Origin: Mytilus edulis
Taxonomy: Eukaryota
Assembly: GCF_963676685.1 (NCBI RefSeq)
Contig: NC_092347.1
Location: 6,262,001-6,326,000, forward strand
DNA: 64,000 nucleotides
Direction of reading: 5' to 3'
Below are positions 56,001-64,000 of the stretch, in pieces (the stretch's first letter is position 1; each line of letters opens with the position of its first letter). The notes below the pieces were generated by a model. That model ran no database searches. It was given only the letters and a program-made list of their open reading frames with translations, and was not told the DNA's origin. A program made the translations under genes and the position numbers.

Positions 56001-58955
56001 TGAAACCTTGAACTTCACAGGAAAAATACTCCCACTGCTGTGAAAAATCTTTTAAGAAAGTATCAGTTCATTATGTAAAGCCATTATTATAGCATTTTTT
56101 CAACTAAAATAGAATTTTCAGGTAAATGATAACATCAAAGGCATAAACCTTGCTACTTAAAAGAAGCAAAAGGTTCATATTTTTAAATTTTACTAACTAA
56201 AAGATGTTATTTAAATCTATGTGTTTAAAATTTTGAAAAAACTATAAAATTCCAATTTGTGACAAAACCTCAAATTTGCTACTTAAATAAGTGATTTAAA
56301 AATCACATATTTCAGTAAGTTCCCTGACTGTTGTTTGATTGTGTGCTTTTTGTCGTTTTTTGGTCTCTTGTGGAGAGTTATCTCATTGGCAATCATACCA
56401 CATCTTCTTTTTAGATATTTGTCTGTATGCCTTTTTGTTTTTCTTTGTTTGCTTTAACAGTGATTAAGATTATAACAGAATGTTGACAGCTACACCCTTA
56501 TTACTTTTTTACCTATTATGTCTGATAGTTTTGTTCACATATTGTTGTCAATATAATGAAATTTTATGTGACTGTCATACAAGTGAGAGGTTTAGCTACA
56601 TGTACATAGAAAAATGCCTGTACCAAGTCAGGAATATGACAGTTGTCATCCATTCCTTTGATGTGTTTTTGATTTTTGCCAATCGATTAGACTTTCTGAT
56701 TTTATTTTCCTCTGAGTTCAGTATGTTTGTTAATTTACTTTAAATTTTCACATTAAAACTTTATCGTGTTTTGCAGCACGGGGAATGAAATGTGAAAGTA
56801 ACTGAAAATTAAAGCCAGCAAAGTGATGGCTATTTATAACTGATTCATTTTCAGTGTCTGTCATTACATGTGTATACTGTGGTTTCATTATCTTTCATAC
56901 AAGATTGAAAAATATGGTGGTTTAGAGTCTTGTTTTAACCTTTGATAAGTAATAGTATGAAAATTATCAAAACAAAACTTGTTTGAAACATAAATAGCTT
57001 AATTGTTACAAAAAAATGTAGGCCATATATATTTATAATCTAAAATGAATTCTCTATAAGAAAAAAATTGTAAAAAGGCTTACTTTCACTAGGTTCACAG
57101 CATTGTCATAAGCTTTTATTAATGCTGTATCATCCCACAGATCACTGTCACTCTCTGCAGCCTGAAACACAAAAGTAGGAATCATATTATTAATGTAATA
57201 TCAAGTATAAATATATAGTACAAATACATTAACCTTATTACCAAAATCATCTAAAATCTATTCTTACACTAACGAAGGAAAACCTAAAAAAAAAATTAAT
57301 AACATATTGGGAGTTCAGTGGTGTTCTGTTCCAAAGTTGACACATTAATAGCCTTTCAAGACATTATAATTATTTAGACTAAGAATGGATGTGAAATTGC
57401 TTTGAAAATTACGGGAAAACATGATCATGGTTTTCTGTAACTGAAGAAGAAATTCCTTAATTGACTAATTAAATGCCAAAATAACTTTACTAGATAAAAA
57501 AGATGCCCATTTCATTAAATGCTTATACACCTTATGGCTTTTGTCCGCCATTACCAGACATAACAAAAGTTCCCGTAAATTTTGACGTCATATGATAATA
57601 GACAATATGTAATAATACCATGAATACTTTAATAAACATTCTAATATGACGTGCTTCTTTCGCTTTGTAAACAACACTGTGTGAAAATTCTCGATATATC
57701 TATACTTAGCGCAGAATCAGAATGAATGTTATTGTTAAAATATACCTCCCACGTAAATCTACATGCATTTGAATCTATTTGCAAACGCTTTGCCGATTTT
57801 ATTGTATTAGAAATTGTAATAAAACACAAGACAAAAGAACTTTTATTCTTATTCGGATGCATAATAAAAAGAATTAATATACTGCAACTAGTTGTGTTTA
57901 TTTCAGTTACATTTTGTGCAATGTCAATTTCATCATGAAACACTCTCACCACAATCAGGGGTTCCTTAAGGGATGAAAATAAGCTCATATTTATGTTACG
58001 GTTTTTTAGTCTGTCAAAAATATAAACTTTTTGGTAACCATTGAAGTTCGTATAATATTGTATTAAAATGGAATTCTGAGGTAGGTTTTGTTTTATTTTC
58101 TATTCTATTAAATTATTCGCATATTAATTGATTTCAGCGAGTCAACTAAGCTCCTTCGTTTCGAAATTTACACATGGCCTGGGCTGTGATATTCGCTAAT
58201 TTTATCCCTCGCTAACGCTCAGGATAAAATTCTAATATCGCGGACCAGGCCATGTGTAAATTTCCAACAAATCTATGGCTTTCATGAATTATTTCTTAAA
58301 TATCTGATGCCACAATGAAAAAGTGATTGTTGTATGGCGTCAAAAGTTCAAGCAGGACATATTTCCCAATAGCGACAGATGTATTGTCACTGATAAGGGG
58401 CAAAATTATTTGACTTTTTCCAATACACCTTATCACTAATCCCGGATGACCTGGCCGCTTAAACTTTTGAGGCATACATTACAACAATCACCTTTCCATT
58501 TTGGCCTCAGATATTCAGTTTTATGACGTCAAAATTTTACTGGAACCTGTGTGATATCCAGTAATGGCGGACAAATAGCGATAAGGTGCATAGGTGCTGA
58601 AGTGACCAATTGCCAATTTGACTTGTTCCCTGGACCTCAGCAAGTAGCACCTGCCACAAAAAGCGCTTTGATGTAAACTATTAATTTCATTGGAGATAAC
58701 CATCTGGGAACTATCCACAAAGTGGCATTGCATATAATTTATTTGTTGACTTTTTGAGGCAAGGCCCAGGGGAACGTACTTACAACGTCTCTCCCGTAAT
58801 GTTTTAAGGGTCATCTAGTTAGTTTTACAGAAAAATGTACACCATTTTGAAGAAACTTATTGGTTTTCCTAATTTATAAGATTCATTCTTTTTTAATTTA
58901 ATCAAAATGTCACCTGGCCTCGTTGAAAAAGTACAGTTCCAGCTACTGAGGCCAT
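47060..58955 (-). CDS. SMN1: Survival motor neuron protein, 269 aa, 8 coding exons
   Basis: Exons 58955-58914 ([14 protein letters not shown]), 57161-57084 ([17 protein letters not shown], Gemin2-binding), 55247-55134 (Lys-rich), 51240-51043 (Tudor [14 protein letters not shown]...YRGYGNEEE), 50784-50650, 50144-50088 (Pro-rich), 48186-48061 (YG box [17 protein letters not shown]) and 47119-47060. 810 nt, all phase 0, GT/AG ends. Confidence 0.95.
47342..47580. mobile_element. Small MITE with TTAA TSD (Kolobok-like) in the last SMN intron
   Basis: ttaa|ggtggtatctaacac ... gtgttgggtaccacc|ttaa. Confidence 0.8.
47688..48145 (-). repeat. 91-bp tandem repeat x5 of the SMN YG-box exon 3' end plus 5' splice site
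   Basis: CAG|gtatgttga with exon-end G at 48061, 47970, 47879, 47788 and 47697. Copies are nearly identical. Confidence 0.95.
49860..50060. repeat. SINE-like interspersed repeat (related copies ~19980-20125 reverse, ~56340-56412)
   Basis: Shared block tggtctcttg.gga.agtt.tctcattggcaatcatacca at several positions in this window. Confidence 0.6.
51393..51616. mobile_element. MITE with 6-bp TSD (AGTTGT) and internal tgatta repeats
   Basis: agttgt|gagggccctcatgggg ... ccccatgaggggcctc|agttgt. Confidence 0.8.
52253..54966 (-). mobile_element. 5'-truncated CR1/L2-group LINE (RT fragment) in an SMN intron, sense to SMN
   Basis: Frameshifted ORFs 54289-54858 and 52605-54335 with [29 protein letters not shown] and YADD. 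3' tail aaataaactaaac. Candidate TSD GATAG at 52248-52252 and 54967-54971. Confidence 0.9.
55736..55812. repeat. Direct tandem duplication (~39 bp x2)
   Basis: caacatctgtgttgtctgggatgaccaggtcatttcag occurs twice in a row. Confidence 0.9.
57528..58588. mobile_element. Non-autonomous DNA transposon with CACC termini and nested hairpin element, SMN intron 1
   Basis: caccttatggcttttgtccgccattac ... gtaatggcggacaaatagcgataaggtg. Internal palindrome aaatttacacatggcctgg...ccaggccatgtgtaaattt at ~58164-58263. Confidence 0.7.
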
Positions 58956-59200
58956 TTTTGGCAGAGAACCTATCGTCAGATGAAACGACAAATTTAATTG
59001 GTTAAACTTAATATTTCAACCAATGAGAAACTGTGTTACATAAACGTAGCACGTGTTTTGCTCTTTTGCTGGAAAGTAGAAAAAGTGTACATTTCCGGTT
59101 AAAGATCTAAAACACCTTACACCAAAAAAATTGTTATTGTAAGTAATAACTGCTAAAATCTACTGTGTAACAACGTTCAGAATTGTAACCCAGGTTAAAA
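58956..59200. promoter_or_regulatory. Putative bidirectional promoter of SMN (-) and SUGP1-like gene (+)
   Basis: Opposed CCAAT boxes (attgg ~58998, ccaat ~59020), E-box cacgtg at 59050, ETS-like ttccgg ~59093, candidate + strand UTR-exon donor gtaagt at 59139. Confidence 0.55.
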
Positions 59201-59329
59201 GTTGCGTAAATTAACACCAGTCTGATTGCTCACTTTATTTTACAGTGTATATATACATTAGTCATTATTACCAAAATGAATATAATTTGCCGACGACTAA
59301 AAAAAAATTATATTCTAAAGGTCCATCAA

Positions 59330-61680
59330 CTATCTATCTATCTTCCCGTGAAGGAGTGGACTCATTTTTGAGTGTATATACTCCAGGGTGAGTGAACAGC
59401 AAAAAGTATTTACAGTTAAAATGAGATCTGTATGTACAGTTTAAATCAGTGCTGTAGTTTGCTTCTCTCTACGAGAGAAGCTCTACTGTGATAGTCGAGT
59501 TGACATATTTATAGACCCTCATTGATAGGATTTCAACCTCCTGTGTTTAGATGTGGAGTAGTGTCAACACGCTGACGTCTTGGATAGCATGTCGAAAATG
59601 TTTTACAGACGGGGAAGCTTGGATGTCTGGAGGTATGTTGCATACCTGTCAACCTGTGACGATGAAAATGCAGGTCATGACCTGCATTGAAGAATCAAAT
59701 CTCAGGTCATAATGCGTACAAACTTTTTCAAGCTGAATTTCAGGATTTATGGTACATTTTCTTATAATGTATATCCCAAAACATCAATGCATGTTCACTT
59801 GGTTAAGTCATTTTAAATCTTATTTATTATTATTTCATTACACTTTTAAAGATTTTTATTAACTTGTGGATCACAGTCTTATGTCCTTTACTTTTTGTCA
59901 TCATCTAAATTTTATTTTTAAATACTACTAGCCTTTATCATACCATGTAGAGGTATTACATGTATGAACATTCATCTCTCAAATGACAGGGAAATTAGAC
60001 TATGATAAAATATAGTAACACAGTTAAAGGAAGTATAAATGTAAAAAATAATTTTCAACTTTTTTTAAAAAATTGTATAAAGGTATAAAAATAATGAAAA
60101 GTTATTTTTCAATATGTATTTGAATTTTATATTATTATGATTTAATCTTTTTCACCCATAAAATGTAAATATAAGGAATAGTTTTGAATGGTGACAAATA
60201 AGGGGAAGTAACTCTTAGTTGAAATATCTTTGTAAAACAACAGGGCAATTTATTTACGACCTATTAAAGCTAAGGTAATTGGTGTTAATCAACAGTGTGT
60301 TTGACACCAAAGCTGTCAAGTGAAGCCATGCACTTAATGGGTCACTTAATTTGACAGTTTACATAGCTAGATGAACTGCATGTTTATGGAAGAATTACGA
60401 ATTTGCCGGTATTTCAAAGGAATATTACTTATGAAAATCAATCTCAAGGCTAAGAAATACGGGTGAAATCGGGTCATTTTCGGAATTTCAGGGTTATTTC
60501 AATGACCCGGCGGGTGATCCCTCAGAATTGTGAAAATCTCGGGTCACACCCGCAGAATCCGGGTCAGTTGACAGGTATGATGTTGTTCCAGGATATGATG
60601 GTGGAAGGAATGAATGAGTATTTGAAGCAATCCAGTTTGGCCCTGATCTGTCTGATGTTATTAGACTTGGAACCACAGGTTCTGGTGTTATGGTGAATGA
60701 GCAGGTGGTGAACAGGTACTTCTACGACATGATTTATAATTTTGTAGAACATGATAACTCTGTTCCTGACTCTTCTGTGTTCCAGTGGTTCTCAACCTAG
60801 TTGCTGAGTAATTTTGGTTACGCAACCAGGTTCACTTGAGAAGTAGTCCCCCATTGCAAATCTGGCAGCTTGGCGTTGTACATTTTCGAGTTGTTAGATT
60901 TGCTGTTGACGGTAGGGATCCCATACAGCACTGGCATATTTGAGGACAGGCCTCACTAAAGTTGTGTAGGCTTGGCTTTTAACTTCCTGAGGAAAACTCC
61001 TGGGGTTCCTACATAGGAATCCAACAGATCTGGTGGCTTTTGCTGTGGTCTGGTTTACATGCTCGTTAATGTACATGATGTATAACCGAAGGTATTTCCC
61101 ACCTAGGACACTTTCACGGGTGTGGCCATGCAGATGGTAATCGCATATGATGGGTTGGCGTTTCTTACTAATGTGGATAGTGGTACATTTCTGTGGATGG
61201 GATGACATTTGCCAGTCATTTTCCCATTTTCTAGCTTATCTAGGTCGTCTTGCAGCTTGGTGGAATTGCTGGTGGATCTAATAGGACGATACAACAGGAA
61301 GTCATCAGCAAAAAGTTTCACACTAGAATTAACAGATTCTGGGAGGTCGTTTATGAAGACGAGAAAGAGCAGGGGTCCCATTACTGTATCCTGTGATTAG
61401 CCAGAAACTACCTTTGCTTCATCTGACATTGTTCCCTCCACTAGGACATGTTGTTTCCTACTGTTCAGGAAGCTCTCCACCCATTTGAGAGTAGAGTCAC
61501 TAACTCCGTAGAATTTGAGCTTATGGAGAAGTCACTTGTGTGGCACCTTATCAAAGGCTTTTGCAAACAGGCAAAGTCTAATAATATTGCGTCAATTTGT
61601 TGGCCATTTGATAGTTCATTTGCCAGTTCATGAATTGTGGCAATCAGCTGTGTCTTGCAAGAGCGTTGAGCTAATGAACA
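59330..61680 (-). mobile_element. 5'-truncated, decayed RTEX-like LINE
   Basis: Fragments RSCKTQL..DAILLDFA, GPLLFLVFINDLP..FADD, RPVLKYASAVWDPY, FKYSFIPSTIISWNN. 3' (GATA)n tail at ~59330-59342. Clade assignment from recall. Confidence 0.8.
59641..60579. mobile_element. Non-autonomous DNA transposon, 13-bp TIRs, 6-bp TSD, inserted in the RTEX-like LINE
   Basis: atgttg|catacctgtcaac ... gttgacaggtatg|atgttg. Removing it restores the LINE frame WNNIPPDIQASPSVKHFR. Confidence 0.9.
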
Positions 61681-62150
61681 GTAGTACTTTATTTTCATAT
61701 GCGGCTTAACCTGTGTTTACTTATTTGGTATTTCAAGCAAAGATGTGGTGGGATTTGCTGAGAACTGAGGCTAATATATCACCCACTGGTGCACATAGTG
61801 CCAATGCAGGACATCTTGCCCTAAAGATCAGTCTGTTTGAGTCCAACACACCTTATTACTGTTTGTCTGCCATTGATGGACATCACAAAGGTCCTTGTAA
61901 AATTTTACGCCACAATGTATAAGTGATTGTTTCAAAAGTTCAAGCAGCGCCTATTCTTGGATAAACCAGCACATATATCAAAAGAGTGATAAGGGTGTTA
62001 TTACAGCTTATCTTTATCACTTCAAACCCTTTTGCTCAGAGATACATGTACATCATGCTTAATCTCAATGTATTTTAATTTAATGAAAGATATAAGGATC
62101 TGGATAATTTCTTTTATTTTTTTTTCAGCACTTGACTACCTTCAATCACC

Positions 62151-62347
62151 ATGGCAAATAAACCAAAACTAACCCCAAACACACTGGGTTACACTAACAC
62201 AACTTATAGAGAAAAAATGACACAGATGAGTGAACAGGAAAAGATAATTGAAGAAAAGAAGAGAAAAATTCTTGAAAAAATGAAGGCAGATGAAATAGCT
62301 GCAGTGACAAAAAATTCAGCAGCAACACCTACTTCTACACCACCAGT
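62151..62347 (+). CDS. SUGP1: First coding exon of a probable SURP and G-patch domain protein 1 (gene continues beyond the window)
   Basis: Strong acceptor ttttttcag at 62128, good Kozak (caccATGG), donor gtaagt at 62348. KMTQMSEQEKIIEEKKRKILEKMK resembles the recalled SUGP1 N-terminal helix (ILHQEELIAQKKREIEAKM). Exon is well supported; identity is tentative. Confidence 0.55.
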
Positions 62348-64000
62348 GTAAGTTATATGTTAGCCCTACTTCTACACCACCAGTGTAAGTTATATGTTAG
62401 CCCTACATCTACACCTCCCGTGTAAGTTATATGTTAGCCCTACTTCTACACCACCAGTGTAAGTTATATGTTAGCCCTACTTCTACACCTTCCGTGTAAG
62501 TTATATGTTAGCCCTACTTCTACACCTCCTGTGTAAGTTATATGTTAGCCCTACTTCTACACCACCAGTGTAAGTTATATGTTAGCCCTACTTCTACACC
62601 GCCAGTGTAAGTTATATGTTAGCCCTACTTCTACACCACCAGTGTAAGTTATATGTTAGCCCTACTTCTACACCACCAGTGTAAGTTATATGTTAGTCCT
62701 ACTTCTACACTGCCAGTGTAAGTTATATGTTAGCCCTACTTCTACACCCCATATGTTAGCCCTACTTCTACACCACCAGTGTAAGTTAAATGTTAGCCCT
62801 ACTTCTACACCACCAGTGTAAGTTATATGTTAGCCCTACTTATACACCGCCAGTGTAAGTTATATGTTAGCCCTACTTCTACACCGCCAGTGTAAGTTAT
62901 ATGTTAGTCCTACTTCTACACCGCCAGTGTAAGTTATATGTTAGCCCTACTTCTACACCGCCAGTGTAAGTTATATGTTAGCCCTACTTCTACACCGCCA
63001 GTGTAAGTTAAATGTTAGCCCTACTTCTACACCTCCTGTGTAAGTTATATGTTAGCCCTACTTCTACACCTCCCGTGTAAGTTATATGTTAGCCCTACTT
63101 CTACACCACCAGTGTAAGTTATATGTTAGCCCTACTTCTACACCGCCAGTGTAAGTTATATTATATGTTAGCCCTACTTCTACACCTCCCGTGTAAGTTA
63201 TATTATATGTTAGCCCTACTTCTACACCTCCCGTGTAAGTTATATGTTAATACATCCTTTAACACCTCCTGTGTAAGTTAGATGAAATAGCTGCAGTGAC
63301 AAAAAATTCAGCAGCAACACCTACTTCTACACCGCCAGTGTAAGTTATATGTTAGCCCTACTTCTACACCACCAGTGTAAGTTATATGTTAGCCCTACTT
63401 CTACACCGCCAGTGTAAGTTATATGTTAGCCCTACTTCTACACCGCCAGTGTAAGTTATATGTTAGTCCTACTTCTACACCGCCAGTGTAAGTTATATGT
63501 TAGCCCTACTTCTACACCACCAGTGTAAGTTATATGTTAGCCCTACTTCTACACCGCCAGTGTAAGTTAAATGTTAGCCCTACTTCTACACCGCCAGTGT
63601 AAGTTATATGTTAGTCCTACTTCTACACCGCCAGTGTAAGTTATATGTTAGCCCTACTTCTACACCACCAGTGTAAGTTATATGTTAGCCCTACTTCTAC
63701 ACCGCCAGTGTAAGTTAAATGTTAGCCCTACTTCTACACCACCAGTGTAAGTTATATGTTAGCCCTACTTCTACACCGCCAGTGTAAGTTATATGTTAGC
63801 CCTACTTCTACACCACCAGTGTAAGTTAAATGTTAGCCCTACTTCTACACCACCAGTGTAAGTTATATGTTAGCCCTACTTCTACACCGCCAGTGTAAGT
63901 TATATGTTAGCCCTACTTCTACACCACCAGTGTAAGTTATATGTTAGCCCTACTTCTACACCGCCAGTGTAAGTTATATGTTAGCCCTACTTCTACACCA
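62330..64000 (+). repeat. 37-bp tandem array (40+ copies, runs off the window) spanning the exon end and 5' splice site
   Basis: Unit cctacttctacaccRccaGT|gtaagttatatgttagc. The first unit is the real exon end. Confidence 0.97.

Noticed and set aside
625-61922. Numerous 60-115 aa ORFs in the ORF track
   Set aside because: They are antisense shadows of real exons and LINEs, or chance ORFs in AT-rich intron and repeat DNA, with no recognisable motifs.
62330-64000. CRISPR-like appearance of the 37-bp repeats
   Set aside because: No unique spacers, no cas genes, eukaryotic context. It is a head-to-tail minisatellite.
1-64000. tRNA, rRNA, snRNA or snoRNA genes
   Set aside because: None recognisable by eye. 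The hairpins seen are explained by transposon termini. An Infernal/Rfam scan would be needed to exclude intronic ncRNAs.

Overview
AT-rich, intron- and transposon-rich animal DNA. The repeat types suggest a bivalve mollusc (Mytilus-like); that is an inference. Splicing the exons by hand gives six host genes: (1-2) two tandem ninjurin paralogues (+) with an unusual long Cys-cluster insert between the two membrane helices; (3) a TM6SF1/2-family gene (-) with a pair of duplicated, equal-length mutually exclusive exons; (4) a SWEET/SLC50A1 sugar transporter (+), head-to-head with TM6SF; (5) a complete SMN gene (-); (6) the first coding exon of a probable SUGP1 gene (+), head-to-head with SMN. Also present: three decayed LINEs, HINE/Helentron-type elements with internal tandem arrays, and many MITEs, some nested. 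The most striking pattern is that three consecutive genes (SWEET, SMN, putative SUGP1) each carry a tandem array whose unit spans an exon-intron boundary and so multiplies a real splice site. Only the exon-proximal copy keeps the reading frame; every other copy leads to an in-frame stop. All gene models are manual, with no RNA evidence, and similarities to human proteins are from recall, not database searches.
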